Positions 11,601 to 21,324 of a stretch of 41,894 bases of DNA are shown piece after piece (within the stretch, counting starts at the first letter, position 1; each line of letters opens with the position of its first letter). The DNA is from Candidatus Omnitrophota bacterium (GTDB lineage: Bacteria > Omnitrophota > Gorgyraeia > Zapsychrales > JAHFGK01): contig JAHFGK010000002.1 in assembly GCA_023247475.1 (NCBI GenBank), positions 1 through 41,894 of the forward strand, in the 5' to 3' direction. A program made the translations under genes and the position numbers. Under the pieces are notes generated by a model, which was given only the letters and a program-made list of their open reading frames with translations, made no database searches and was not told the DNA's origin.

Positions 11601-11962
11601 TCTTGATTGGCACCGATCATTTTGACATTGTACTTATCTAAAGTCCCATTCTCATAAAGTTTCATAGCAATATTAAGAGCTGTTTGCCCACCCAGTGTCG
11701 GTAAAATGGCATCGGGCCTTTCCTTCTGAATAATATATCCGACAAACTCGGGCGTTAAGGGCTCAATATACGTGTGATCGGAAAATTCCGGATCAGTCAT
11801 GATCGTCGCCGGATTGGAATTAACCAGCACGATTTCAAAACCTTCTTCCTTCAAGGCCTTACAGGCCTGGGTTCCGGAATAATCAAATTCACACGCCTGG
11901 CCGATCACGATGGGACCGGAACCGAGGAGTAATATTTTCTTAATGTCGGTTCGTTTGGGCAT
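8690..11962 (-). CDS. carB: Carbamoyl-phosphate synthase large subunit
   Basis: 1090 aa. Duplicated ATP-grasp halves ('[21 protein letters not shown]' and '[20 protein letters not shown]') plus a C-terminal MGS-like domain. Confidence 0.97.
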   Translation of the reverse strand: MPKRTDIKKILLLGSGPIVIGQACEFDYSGTQACKALKEEGFEIVLVNSNPATIMTDPEFSDHTYIEPLTPEFVGYIIQKERPDAILPTLGGQTALNIAMKLYENGTLDKYNVKMIGANQEIIRKAEDRACFKQAALKVGLDVPRSIIARNLEEAKKAAQEIGFPLIIRPAYTLGGTGGGIAYNEEDLERIASLGIESSMINEVLIEQSIEGWKEYELEVMRDNKDNVVIVCSIENFDPMGVHTGDSITVAPAQTLTDREYQNMRNAALKLIREIGVETGGSNIQFAVDPQTGRMVVIEVNPRVSRSSALASKATGFPIAKFAAKLAVGYSLDEIQNDITRETPASFEPTIDYCVVKAPRFTFEKFPEAKDILGVQMKSVGETMAIGRTFKEALQKALRGLEIGHVGLDNKLDYRNIPDEKIRLRLSEPNASRIFYIKYALQKGMSAEEIVQLSKIDIWFIAHIEQILELENQLIETYKKEKTINTKLFRKAKEYGFSDAQLAQIMGKTEVAVRQLRKDQGIVATFKLVDTCAAEFEAYTPYYYSTYETEDEAILQQLKLDRSAKGKRKKIMILGGGPNRIGQGIEFDYCCCHASFALKDLGYETIMVNSNPETVSTDYDTSDRLYFEPLTFEDVMNIIDVEKPDGVIVQFGGQTPLNLAHKLQQAGVPIIGTSVDSIDLAEDRKKFAAFINQLGILQPENGSATSVEESVQIASRIGYPVLARPSYVLGGRAMRIVYDRESLLSFIEEAKEVSAGHPILIDKFVEDAIELDVDAICDGESTFVAGVMEHIEHAGIHSGDSACVLPPHTMSEELVEQIKQFTCRIAQGLKVVGLINIQFAVKGNKIYVLEVNPRASRTVPFVSKATGIPIAKIAVQIMVGKKLSHFNLASSGELGYVAVKESVLPFNRFSGVDIVLGPEMKSTGEVMGIDTTFGAAFAKSQISANQSLPKKGTIFISLKDEDKRDVVSLAKKLVDLKLKLVVTRGTAKILKSAGVEVEMVDKHGEGKNNLLTLIKKSAINLIINTPSGKKSQSDMRAIRAAAILHNVPCITTLQGAWAAVNGIESMLGREFLVQPLQKYYQTLKNSSCTV

Positions 11963-12059
11963 ATTAAGAAAACAAAATTAGATATCAAAAATATTGTGTC
12001 GCTGGCTAGACGCAGTTAGAACCTGTTGACATCAAGGCAATAACTGCTCTAATAATTTA

Positions 12060-12518
12060 TCAACTGTTCCATTTTTTAGTTAAATAATTATTTATACCTG
12101 GTACCCCTATTAAAATACACGCAAGACTGAAAGAACATACCCATATAAGAGATAAGTAAAATATAGGGGTAAGTTTAATATCTCTTTCAAAAAAATTGAA
12201 AGTCATATCCCGATACATTTCATATGTTGCTAACAGGCCCACTATACCCTGTAATGAAAAGATGATTCTCCCCTTCTTTAAGGAAACCCCATTCGCAAAT
12301 AAAATCTCAGCGGATACAATTATAGGTAGAAAAATAACTAAATAAGGAAGACATGCCTTCCAATAAACACCAGAAAGGCCTAACATCTCTTCAGCAATCG
12401 TGGAACTAGCTGGGATAGGTGGCCCAAAGGAAATTGAAATGTAATGTTTGTAGGGAAAAAAACACAATAGAAATGTTATTACTGACAAGATTAATAACAT
12501 TGTTAACTTTCTTCTCAT
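12060..12518 (-). CDS. Hypothetical 4-TM membrane protein inserted between carA and carB
   Basis: 152-aa ORF whose ATG lies 3 nt after the carA stop. It looks visibly more AT-rich than its flanks. No recognisable motifs and no clear SD. Confidence 0.55.
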   Translation of the reverse strand: MRRKLTMLLILSVITFLLCFFPYKHYISISFGPPIPASSTIAEEMLGLSGVYWKACLPYLVIFLPIIVSAEILFANGVSLKKGRIIFSLQGIVGLLATYEMYRDMTFNFFERDIKLTPIFYLSLIWVCSFSLACILIGVPGINNYLTKKWNS

Positions 12519-12521
12519 AAC

Positions 12522-13643
12522 TTATAATTTATTTTTGATATTTGATTTATTATTTTCTTCCATCATTTCGATGAAATGCTTGAACAGATACTGGGCGTCA
12601 TGTGGTCCCGGCGCAGCCTCGGGATGATGCTGCACGGAAAAAATTGGATATCGCTTGTGCCGCAAACCTTCGACCGTCCGATCATTTAAATTTACATCGA
12701 TAAGTTCCACTTCATCCGCTTTTAAACTGTCAAAATCCACACAGAATCCATGATTCTGGCAAGTGATTCCGATTTTGTCATCGATTAAATCTTTCACCGG
12801 ATGATTAGCGCCATGATGACCAAATTTTAATTTATACGTCCGGCCACCCAATGCCAACCCCAAAATCTGATGGCCTAAACAAATCCCAAAAATCGGGAAT
12901 CGTCCAAAGGAATTTCTTACCGTATCAATGACATACGTCAACGCAGCGGGATCACCTGGCCCATTGGAAAGAAAGAGTCCATCCGGATGGATCGCATCAA
13001 TCTCTTCGAGCGTTGCCGTCGCCGGAAAGACATGAATCTCACATCCTAACTTCGCCAAAATCCTTAAAATATTTAGTTTAATTCCACAATCAACGGCCGC
13101 CACTCGATAAAAAGGTTCTTTATACTGCGGATCCGCCGGCCAGATATATTTTTCTTTAGTCATAACCTCTTTGACCCAATCGCTTCCTTCCATGGAAGGA
13201 ATGGCCCTTAACTTTTCCTCTAAACTTTTAAGGTCAAAATCCTCGCTGGAAATCATTCCCTTCATAGCCCCGTGCAAACGTAAATGACGTGTCAAAGCGC
13301 GCGTATCCACGCCTTCCATAGCGATGATCTTATTTTCATTAAGATAATCGATGAGACTTTTGGTGGCCCGTTGATTAGAATACCGACGGCAAAATTCTTT
13401 GACAACAAAACCCTTTACGTGAACTTTATTGGATTCAACGTCTTCTTCGTTGACGCCGTAATTGCCAATCAAAGGATAAGTCATCACAACGATTTGGCCG
13501 GCGTAGGAAGGGTCGGTGAGAATTTCCTGATAACCGCTCATCGCGGTGTTGAAGACAACTTCTCCTGCAGTTTCTCCGCTGATGGCAAGCGTTTGTCCGT
13601 AAAAACTCTTGCCATCTTCTAAATATAAAATCGCATCCTTCAT
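12522..13643 (-). CDS. carA: Carbamoyl-phosphate synthase small (glutaminase) subunit
   Basis: 373 aa. Motifs 'PIFGICLGHQIL' and 'SVQHHPEA'. N-terminus is the typical 'LEDGKSFYG'. Confidence 0.95.
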   Translation of the reverse strand: MKDAILYLEDGKSFYGQTLAISGETAGEVVFNTAMSGYQEILTDPSYAGQIVVMTYPLIGNYGVNEEDVESNKVHVKGFVVKEFCRRYSNQRATKSLIDYLNENKIIAMEGVDTRALTRHLRLHGAMKGMISSEDFDLKSLEEKLRAIPSMEGSDWVKEVMTKEKYIWPADPQYKEPFYRVAAVDCGIKLNILRILAKLGCEIHVFPATATLEEIDAIHPDGLFLSNGPGDPAALTYVIDTVRNSFGRFPIFGICLGHQILGLALGGRTYKLKFGHHGANHPVKDLIDDKIGITCQNHGFCVDFDSLKADEVELIDVNLNDRTVEGLRHKRYPIFSVQHHPEAAPGPHDAQYLFKHFIEMMEENNKSNIKNKL

Positions 13644-13704
13644 CTAAACCCGTAAATGCAAGAGAAATTGTTTAAGGCAAGGGCTCGATAGATGAGCCTG
13701 AATC

Positions 13705-13732
13705 AATATAGCAGAATGACATTATTTGTCAA
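13705..13732 (-). promoter_or_regulatory. Sigma70-type promoter for the carA operon (TTGACA-16-TATATT)
   Basis: On the minus strand, TTGACA is at 13732-13727 and TATATT at 13710-13705, with a 16-nt spacer. It lies about 60 nt upstream of the carA ATG. Confidence 0.5.
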
Positions 13733-13959
13733 CCCGAATCTGGCATTTGGTGATGCAAAATTTATCTAAAAAGCTGTCTTTCCATGAGATTAATAAGTCA
13801 AATGCAGCGAAATGGCATTGAATTCGTAGTATCCTGCTTTCCACTCATTGATAAAAATGAGATTTCGCCACCACGACTTAAAATTAGCAATCCGTCCATG
13901 ACAAAGATAATATTTCTGTTACAATAAAAACATATAAAAAACTTATTCGATCTATCCTT

Positions 13960-14316
13960 ATGTCAACCCATAAAGAATCCAGAACATCAAAACGTGTTTG
14001 GGTCCTTCTCAAAGGTAACTACCGTATTCAAGAAACCGGTTTTCCGTTTTTTGTAATGACGGCGGTTAATATCAGTGAAACCGGTGTATGTATTGCCACC
14101 GATCAAAGCGTCAAACCAGATTATTTGGTAGAACTTGTTATTATCCTGCCCAACAGCGAGCGACTATCGTTATTTGGTCGCACCGTTTGGTCACAAAAAT
14201 TAAGGGAATCGGATTTATACCGCACTGGCGTGGAATTTTTGGTGAAAAATTCAGAAGATTTCAAAAAATTAAAGGCCTTTTACGAAGAACGCCTTCTTCA
14301 TCCGCCTAAAATTTAA
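13960..14316 (+). CDS. PilZ-domain (c-di-GMP receptor) protein
   Basis: 118 aa carrying both PilZ signature motifs: RxxxR ('RTSKR') and (D/N)xSxxG ('NISETG'). Confidence 0.8.
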   Translation: MSTHKESRTSKRVWVLLKGNYRIQETGFPFFVMTAVNISETGVCIATDQSVKPDYLVELVIILPNSERLSLFGRTVWSQKLRESDLYRTGVEFLVKNSEDFKKLKAFYEERLLHPPKI

Positions 14317-15190
14317 CCCTCTTTATCTTCGATTTTAAAAATTTAAAATTCCTTTTTGAAGAAAGAATATAATTTTCTTTTAACTTCCAGGGAACTGTTC
14401 CCTTCTGCTTAAAAAAACGAATATCTAACCGATCAAGAATCTCTCCTTTCTCCAAAGAACGGAAATTTAATCCTGCCGATTGACAAATCGGCCAAGCCCC
14501 AGCAAAATCCCACAAATGTGCCTTAAAAACAGATCCACATCCTCGTCCGATGGTGGGCCAACACAAATCCACCACCGCGCAGGAGGAAATCATCACCGGG
14601 CAAACCGAATAGTCCCACCCATATTCTTCGAAAAAATTATCATGCAAAAGGAATATCGACTGACTCGTTACTCTTTGATCGATGGAAAATAAAATTTCCC
14701 TTTTTTGATTTTTAGTAAACGCGTTTGTAACAAAATAAGATGTGTGACCATCACAATAAAATAATTCCCCTAAATAAGGAAAATAAACAACTCCTAACCA
14801 CGGTTTTAGATCTTTAATCAATCCAATGGAAATTCCAAACAAGGGCATACGGTTGGCAAACTGAATGGTGCCATCAATAGGATCAATCACCCAGATATAC
14901 CGGTGCGACTCAAGAAAAGGTTGATTAAAATAATCCATATTCTTGGCATCTTCTTCATCGATTAATAAATGTTCTTTTGTTGCCAAAAAATTCTTCAAAG
15001 ACTTTCGAATAAAAAATGAAATCTGGGTATCGGCCTCCGTCAGAACCGATTTATCCGGTTTTAAAGAAGGCTTGCTATCGGCAATGAGATTAAGGGCGAT
15101 TTTGCCGCTTGCGCGAGCCATGCGGAGCATGAAATCTAAACAAGTATTGTCTGTCATAATTAATTCTGGGTACGGAATGCTATGCTTCAA
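14306..15190 (-). CDS. Inositol monophosphatase-family phosphatase (SuhB/CysQ-like)
   Basis: Metal and substrate motifs 'EAD', 'WVIDPIDGT' and 'WDFAGAWP'. It is the last gene of the glpK-glpD block. Confidence 0.85.
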   Translation of the reverse strand: MKHSIPYPELIMTDNTCLDFMLRMARASGKIALNLIADSKPSLKPDKSVLTEADTQISFFIRKSLKNFLATKEHLLIDEEDAKNMDYFNQPFLESHRYIWVIDPIDGTIQFANRMPLFGISIGLIKDLKPWLGVVYFPYLGELFYCDGHTSYFVTNAFTKNQKREILFSIDQRVTSQSIFLLHDNFFEEYGWDYSVCPVMISSCAVVDLCWPTIGRGCGSVFKAHLWDFAGAWPICQSAGLNFRSLEKGEILDRLDIRFFKQKGTVPWKLKENYILSSKRNFKFLKSKIKRVKF

Positions 15191-15232
15191 AAATCATTTT
15201 CTACTCCGTACACCGTGCTCAGTACAATTCAT

Positions 15233-16732
15233 TCATTTCTTTTTCAAATACCTTTCAATCACTTCCCTACACTTTCCCGTCTTACACCCTAAATATCCAA
15301 TTCCCAATCGTCGCCAAATAACATCATCCACCATGCAAACCATTTCGACTTTAATCGAATACGCCACTTGAGCTCTAATGGCCGGTGAACAAGTGCATAT
15401 TTTTTCTTTAAGCCGTGGATCTTCTTGGACGAAGTGAAGGATATCTTTAAAACGCGTTCCATATTTATCCATTAACAATTGAACCGTCGAAACGTCCAGT
15501 TGATACATTCGCGCGAGTTCCTGCACATCTTCTATGACATTACCGCTACCGTAAAGTGTATAATCTTCTGGAAATTCCATCTTCTCATTTTTAAGAATGT
15601 ATTTAAGACAATCTTGGGCAATCTTACGATAGGTTGTGTATTTTCCTCCAATCACATAGAAAATATCTGAGGGCGTCTGTTCAATAATATGTTTACGCGA
15701 AACATCGGAAGGGGAACCTTTACCGTGGACCAGTGGCCGCAATCCGGCAAAGGTAGTCGCAATTTCATCGCGGCTTACGTTTTCCATAGGGAAAATTCTG
15801 CGTGTTTCTCTAAGTAAATACTCAATATCCTCATCCGTGGCTTGGACATCATCCGGGTGACCGGTGTAATCAGTGTCGGTCGTTCCTATCAAAGAATGTC
15901 CGTACCAAGGAATAATAAAAAAAATCCGTTTATCGCTTGTGGATTGAATAAACAAAGCGTCGTGGGCGAATTGTTTTTTATAAACAATATGAATTCCTTT
16001 AGTCGTTCTAATTTTAGTGGGGGTCTCCTTATGATCCAACTTCAAGATAAAATTTGTCCATGGTCCCACCGCACACACGATTTTTTTCGCTTTGATTTCG
16101 AAAGTATTAAGCGTTACAAGATCCTTAACTCTGGCGCCGATAACTTTTAAATTCTGCTTAACGAATGCCTGGACCTCCACATAATTCGCCACATGCGCGC
16201 CTTTTGAATCAGCACTTAAAATATTTTCTAAACATAGACGGGCATCATCCATCTGTGCATCGTAATACATAACTCCTCCAACTAACCCTTCTTTTTTAAT
16301 TCCGGGGACGCGCTCAAGAATATCTTGGCGTCTTAACGAACAATGTTTTTTAATAGTATTCTTTCCACTTAGAAAATCATAAAGAGAAACGCCGAGCCTC
16401 ATCATCCACAATGGCCGACGATCTTTTTTGTAAACAGGGATAATAAATCCTAAGGGTTTGACTAAATGGGGAGCGCACTTCAATTGAATAGCGCGTTCTT
16501 TGAGAGATTCTTTGACGAGATCAAATTCAAGATGCTCAATGTATCTTAATCCGCCGTGGATAAGTTTCGTGGATTTACTGGAAGTACCGCTGGCAAAATC
16601 ACTTCTTTCAACAAGGGCAACGCTTAGTCCGTATTGAGCGGCCATGTTAGCAATTGCCGCTCCATTAATTCCACCACCGATGATCAGTAAATCATACTGT
16701 TGCTTTGAAAACCGATTGATATCTCTGAACAC
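15233..16732 (-). CDS. glpD: FAD-dependent glycerol-3-phosphate dehydrogenase
   Basis: Motifs 'YDLLIIGGGINGAAIA' and 'SSKSTKLIHGGLRY'. The GTG start abuts the glpK stop. Confidence 0.9.
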   Translation of the reverse strand: MFRDINRFSKQQYDLLIIGGGINGAAIANMAAQYGLSVALVERSDFASGTSSKSTKLIHGGLRYIEHLEFDLVKESLKERAIQLKCAPHLVKPLGFIIPVYKKDRRPLWMMRLGVSLYDFLSGKNTIKKHCSLRRQDILERVPGIKKEGLVGGVMYYDAQMDDARLCLENILSADSKGAHVANYVEVQAFVKQNLKVIGARVKDLVTLNTFEIKAKKIVCAVGPWTNFILKLDHKETPTKIRTTKGIHIVYKKQFAHDALFIQSTSDKRIFFIIPWYGHSLIGTTDTDYTGHPDDVQATDEDIEYLLRETRRIFPMENVSRDEIATTFAGLRPLVHGKGSPSDVSRKHIIEQTPSDIFYVIGGKYTTYRKIAQDCLKYILKNEKMEFPEDYTLYGSGNVIEDVQELARMYQLDVSTVQLLMDKYGTRFKDILHFVQEDPRLKEKICTCSPAIRAQVAYSIKVEMVCMVDDVIWRRLGIGYLGCKTGKCREVIERYLKKK

Positions 16733-18232
16733 TTAAGTTTGCGCCCTTTCAACGGCCTTAAGCCATCCAGCAGATAACTCTTCTCTAATAGGAGCGGACA
16801 TCGTGGGAATAAATATTTTATCTTGTTTGTGTAATTTGCTTAAATCGTTTTGCCCTCGCCATAACCCCATCGTTACACCCGCTAAATGCGCTGCCCCTTG
16901 CGCGGTTGAATCAATGACCTTGGGGCGAATAATCTTACAATTTAGAATATCGGCTTGGAACTGCAGGAGAAAATTGTTGCGACAGGCACCGCCATCCACT
17001 CGCAATGCTTTTATTTTCTGTCCCAATTCTTTGTGCATAATATCAAACACATCCTTGATTTGATATGCAATTGATTCTAACGCTGCTCGAATAATATGCT
17101 GGACATTCGCTCCTCGGGTCAAGCCAGAAATCATTCCGCGAGCGCGGCTATTCCAGTACGGAGCGCCCAGACCAACAAAGGCCGGGACAAAATAAACACC
17201 GTTGGTATTCTTTATTCCTCGGACGGCGCGTTCAGAATCCGCAGAGGTTTTAATACATTTCAATTGGTCTCGAAGCCATTGAACTACAGCTCCAGCAATA
17301 AAAATCGACCCCTCCATCGCATAAACTGGCTTGCCCTGATCATCCGAAGCCACTGTTGATAAAAGCCCTTGCTTCGAATAAATTAATTTCTTACCCGTGT
17401 TCAGAACCATAAAACAACCCGTGCCATAGGTATTTTTAATCGTGCCGGGCGTATAACATCCTTGTCCATACAAAGCGGCTTGTTGATCGCCCATCACAGC
17501 GGCGATAGGGATGCCGGCGATTAATCCGGCTACTCCTGGCGCAGTATAACCAAAAATAGAACCGGAATCCTGAACTTGGGGAAGAATCTCATGAGGGATA
17601 TCAAAAAGTTTTAAAAGCTCTTTATCCCATTCTAATTTTTGAATATTAAAAATCAGTGTGCGGGAAGCGTTCGTCACATCCGTGGCATGGACTTGACCGC
17701 CCGTCAATTTCCAAATGAGCCAACTATCGATTGTTCCAAAACAGATTTGACCATTCGTAGCTCGTTGACGCAAGCCTTTAATATTATCCAAAAACCATTT
17801 GATCTTCGTACCCGAAAAGTAAGCATCCAAAACAAGTCCAGTCTTTTGTCGAATGACGGACTCCCCTTTTTTATATTTAGGGCTTTCACACATGTCGGCT
17901 GTTCGACGGCATTGCCAAACTATGGCTTTAGCAATAGGCTTAGAAGTTTTTTGATCCCAAATGACGGTCGTCTCCCGCTGATTCGTAATACCGATCGCTA
18001 AAATCTGAGCTGGCGTGATCTTTGATTTGGCAATGGCTTGCTTAATCACACTCACACAAGATACCCAAATTTCCTCAGCATCATGCTCAACCCATCCGGG
18101 TCGAGGAAAATATTGCTTAAATTCCTGGTAAGCGCTGGCAACAATTTGTCCTTGGCTATTAAAAATAAAAGCTCTTGAGCCAGTTGTCCCTTGGTCTATA
18201 GCGAGGATATATTTTTTATTCTCTGCATTCAT
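16733..18232 (-). CDS. glpK: Glycerol kinase
   Basis: 499 aa. Motifs 'YILAIDQGTTGSRA', 'GITNQRETTVIWD' and 'GDQQAALYGQ'. Confidence 0.96.
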   Translation of the reverse strand: MNAENKKYILAIDQGTTGSRAFIFNSQGQIVASAYQEFKQYFPRPGWVEHDAEEIWVSCVSVIKQAIAKSKITPAQILAIGITNQRETTVIWDQKTSKPIAKAIVWQCRRTADMCESPKYKKGESVIRQKTGLVLDAYFSGTKIKWFLDNIKGLRQRATNGQICFGTIDSWLIWKLTGGQVHATDVTNASRTLIFNIQKLEWDKELLKLFDIPHEILPQVQDSGSIFGYTAPGVAGLIAGIPIAAVMGDQQAALYGQGCYTPGTIKNTYGTGCFMVLNTGKKLIYSKQGLLSTVASDDQGKPVYAMEGSIFIAGAVVQWLRDQLKCIKTSADSERAVRGIKNTNGVYFVPAFVGLGAPYWNSRARGMISGLTRGANVQHIIRAALESIAYQIKDVFDIMHKELGQKIKALRVDGGACRNNFLLQFQADILNCKIIRPKVIDSTAQGAAHLAGVTMGLWRGQNDLSKLHKQDKIFIPTMSAPIREELSAGWLKAVERAQT

Positions 18233-18233
18233 A

Positions 18234-18824
18234 CTACCGTAATCCTAACCTCTTTTTATTCGCCTCAAAGGATTTCTCATCCGGAAAAACTTTACGCGCT
18301 AAAACATCTTTATCCTTACCAGTATCAAAATCGTATTCAATCACCGCCACAACCTGGAACACTTGTTCAAATGGTTGCGACAACATACTGGGATTTTGTT
18401 GTGACATCCCATCAATAAGATTTACATAATATTGCGGTGGCTTTTGAATCACAGCTCCTTTTCGGTGAAACTGATCAATAAACTTTTGTACAATCATCAC
18501 TTTAACTTCCTGATCGATAATCAGCGGCCAGGCTTGGCTAGAACTTTCCAAAGATTTCCAAACTTGATCAAAGTCAACGACCTCCGCAACTTCAAATTCA
18601 TCCACCGGCTTAGGCACCTCAATAACCTGTTCGACACCCTGCTCTACGGCCATTTGCTTTTGTCTTTCAATAAGGGTTTTTTGAACAACGGCCTGTTGGA
18701 CAACCGCTTGACGCTGGGCAGCCGCTTTTTGTGCTTTTTGTCTTCCCGTCACCGCTCCACCGGCATAAACTTTACTAATCAAAACCAGCGAGCACAATAG
18801 AATTCCCAATACTATTCTATTCAT
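18234..18824 (-). CDS. Secreted hypothetical protein with a Gln/Ala/Val-rich N-terminal region
   Basis: Signal peptide 'MNRIVLGILLCSLVLISKVYA'. I prefer ATG 18824, which has AAGGA 6 nt upstream, over the TTG at 18842. No recognisable family. Confidence 0.6.
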   Translation of the reverse strand: MNRIVLGILLCSLVLISKVYAGGAVTGRQKAQKAAAQRQAVVQQAVVQKTLIERQKQMAVEQGVEQVIEVPKPVDEFEVAEVVDFDQVWKSLESSSQAWPLIIDQEVKVMIVQKFIDQFHRKGAVIQKPPQYYVNLIDGMSQQNPSMLSQPFEQVFQVVAVIEYDFDTGKDKDVLARKVFPDEKSFEANKKRLGLR

Positions 18825-18844
18825 GGACGATCCTTTCCGCAAAA

Positions 18845-20293
18845 TTAGTTAAACACAAAACTGATTATAACAAAGACTGTACACAAAACGGCAAAAAAAT
18901 CTCCATATTTTGTATAAAATGTTTTTATAGACACCGCTGGAATTGTCGTTAAAAAATAATCCTTAGTGTTCAAAGCGGGGTGTTGTTGCGACACATTTCC
19001 GTATACATCGATAGAACAGGACAAACCCGTATTGGCGGCACGCACGATAGGAATCCTATTTTCTACCGCTCGCATAATGGAATTCTGTGCATGCATAACC
19101 AACGCCTCAGGATGAATGAACCAACCGTCATTAAGCATTAAGATAATAAATCCAACATTTTTTAAAGCCAGTTGACGAAAGGTTTCAGGATAGGCATCTT
19201 CGGAACAAATCCCAACACCGAAGATGGAAAAATTAGAAGAAAACACACCCAAATTTCTCCCTGCTTCAAATTCATAACTTTTCATATTCAGAAATTTATT
19301 CATAATTTGTACCATTTCTTTAAATGGTTGATATTCACTAAACGGTACAAGATTTTTCTTATGATAAATATTTAGGATTTGAGCGCGTTCATCCAATAAA
19401 ACAGCACTATTAAAACTTTTGTCGTCTTCCGATAACGCAGCTCCGATAAGAAAATTTGTTCGCGCCATTTCCACCGCATCTATAATTTTGTTTTTCAAGT
19501 TACCGTCCCGACGAAAATCATCAGGGACAGACGTTTCCGGCCACACAATCAGATCTGGCTTGTAGGGCAAACACTCTTGCGTCCATTGGACATGCTGGTC
19601 AATAAGAAAGGGGACCAAATCTCGATTTAATTTTTGGTGAGGATTAATATTAGGCTGTACGGTGCATATCTTAAAGGAGTGCATGGATAAAGGTTGATGA
19701 ATAAATCTCGGCGAAAAAAATCCATATCCATAGACAATGCTTATGGCGATCACAATCGTCCCTAAACAGAGGTTTTGCTCGGATTCTTGCGAAGCCTTTA
19801 ATATCTTAAACAAACAATAATTCACTAAAATAATCACAAAGGATATCCCATAAGATCCCAATACATCCACTATCTGAATAACACCGGGATTAAAACTTTG
19901 GGAATATCCTATTGTCCACGAAAAGCCATGAAACAGGAAGGGTCTTAAAAATTCCGATGTCACCCAAAGGGCCGGGGGATACAAAATTTCCAAAAACTTA
20001 TTCTTAAAATTCGTTTTTAAAAAGGAAGCGAAAACCACCGGCTGAATGCTCAAGGCCACCACAAAGGCATAATAACCTAATTCATTATAAGAAGTCATCC
20101 AGCGCACAAGACAGGCATAAAAAAGTAATCCAAAAAAAAGTCCATTCAAACAGCGCCGCCAAAAATTTTTATTCTCGAGCACAAAAAATAATGGAATGGC
20201 AAAAATCCAGGCTAAAGGACTAAAACCATAAAGATAAAATAAATTTGGGAAGGTGAGATAGGCAAAAAAAACGGAAAGGAAAATGTAGATCAT
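18845..20293 (-). CDS. lnt: Apolipoprotein N-acyltransferase
   Basis: Multi-TM N-terminal half followed by a CN-hydrolase domain ('VWPETS', 'GVGICSEDAYP'). Confidence 0.88.
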   Translation of the reverse strand: MIYIFLSVFFAYLTFPNLFYLYGFSPLAWIFAIPLFFVLENKNFWRRCLNGLFFGLLFYACLVRWMTSYNELGYYAFVVALSIQPVVFASFLKTNFKNKFLEILYPPALWVTSEFLRPFLFHGFSWTIGYSQSFNPGVIQIVDVLGSYGISFVIILVNYCLFKILKASQESEQNLCLGTIVIAISIVYGYGFFSPRFIHQPLSMHSFKICTVQPNINPHQKLNRDLVPFLIDQHVQWTQECLPYKPDLIVWPETSVPDDFRRDGNLKNKIIDAVEMARTNFLIGAALSEDDKSFNSAVLLDERAQILNIYHKKNLVPFSEYQPFKEMVQIMNKFLNMKSYEFEAGRNLGVFSSNFSIFGVGICSEDAYPETFRQLALKNVGFIILMLNDGWFIHPEALVMHAQNSIMRAVENRIPIVRAANTGLSCSIDVYGNVSQQHPALNTKDYFLTTIPAVSIKTFYTKYGDFFAVLCTVFVIISFVFN

Positions 20294-20317
20294 TGAGTAA
20301 AAAGAAAATTTTTTAGT

Positions 20318-21229
20318 TTATTCTTCGAACACAGAAAGCTTCTCAACCGCTACTTTTAATTCCTCAAAAGTAGCATACCGTGCTTCGATCACCTTAATTA
20401 ATGATCCATTTAAAAAGGGAAAAACTTTTTTTAGATCAAAATCGCCAACAAAGGGGGCTTTATGATCGCGTAACAATTCCACTCCGTGTAAATGCATTCC
20501 CACCATCTGATCCGCAAAAGTTTTAAGAAAATCGAGCTGTGGTCTTATCCCTAAGCGTTCGTTGACCTCCCCATGCCCGACATCATGCCAATACTTCATC
20601 CCCCTTTTACTGAAAAGATTTAACAAATATCCTATTTCCTCAAAATTAGGAATCTCGGTCGGGTAATACCGCGTTTCTAAACCGATAATCACACCTATCT
20701 GCTGGGCGTACGGAACAACTTCTTCGAGGCTTTTCATCATGGCATCCATAAAAGGGGGTTTAGCTTTCTTTCGAGCGTTAAGCATCCCATCGATGAGCTG
20801 AGCAAACTCCGGGGTTTTCATTTTCCCTTCTCGGTACAGCTTGCTTAATTCTTTAAAGGGATCATGCTCAATCTCCACTGTTCCGGCATGAATCACAACC
20901 GCCTTACTGGCCACTCGTTTGGCCAGATCAATGGTTTTCTTTGTCCATTCAATAGCCTTCCGTCGTTCTTTTTCATCCAACGATGATAGCCGATAATAAT
21001 TGGAAAGATGTCGTGGAGAAGGCTCATCATTAGGCACAGGACAAAAATTATGAATGCTCGAGACCTTGATATTCATTCCCTTTAATAAGGGGACAATTTC
21101 TTTAACTTGTTGATCGCTTAACGTGTAACCTAATTCGATTGTTTCGAGTCCCAACTTTTTAATTTCCAATAGTTTTTCCCGAACCTGACAACCTTCAGCA
21201 AAATTCCAAGCGGTGGAGATGGATAACAT
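20318..21229 (-). CDS. Sugar-phosphate isomerase/epimerase (xylose-isomerase-like TIM barrel)
   Basis: 303 aa. Pattern of 'ELG', 'VVIHAG', 'IGLETRY' and 'HDVGHG' is typical of the AP-endonuclease-2 / TIM-barrel family. Confidence 0.75.
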   Translation of the reverse strand: MLSISTAWNFAEGCQVREKLLEIKKLGLETIELGYTLSDQQVKEIVPLLKGMNIKVSSIHNFCPVPNDEPSPRHLSNYYRLSSLDEKERRKAIEWTKKTIDLAKRVASKAVVIHAGTVEIEHDPFKELSKLYREGKMKTPEFAQLIDGMLNARKKAKPPFMDAMMKSLEEVVPYAQQIGVIIGLETRYYPTEIPNFEEIGYLLNLFSKRGMKYWHDVGHGEVNERLGIRPQLDFLKTFADQMVGMHLHGVELLRDHKAPFVGDFDLKKVFPFLNGSLIKVIEARYATFEELKVAVEKLSVFEE

Positions 21230-21249
21230 TTGTTTCTCTCTTTCAATGA

Positions 21250-21318
21250 GTCCCGCTGCTTTCTGCGCCAGCCAAAGGCGGGTCCGTCCGCCTTTGGCGG
21301 AAAAGCAAGAAGCGGGAC
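21250..21318. other. Long GC-rich imperfect hairpin (69 nt) in an intergenic region
   Basis: Outer stem GTCCCGCT / AGCGGGAC (8 bp). Inner perfect 11-bp stem GCCAAAGGCGG / CCGCCTTTGGC with a 6-nt loop. It is much more GC-rich than its surroundings. Confidence 0.6.
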
Positions 21319-21324
21319 GAATTG

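Noticed and set aside
12026-12055. + strand promoter-like TTGACA-18-TAATAA between carB and the membrane ORF
   Set aside because: It would drive transcription antisense to carA and orf152 with no + strand gene to serve. The -10 is imperfect and the region is AT-rich, so a chance match is likely.
13741-13757. Sigma54-like element TGGCAT-N7-TGCA on the + strand upstream of the PilZ gene
   Set aside because: The GG-to-GC spacing is one nucleotide longer than the TGGCAC-N5-TTGC consensus, and TTGC is reduced to TGC. No enhancer-binding protein gene is nearby.
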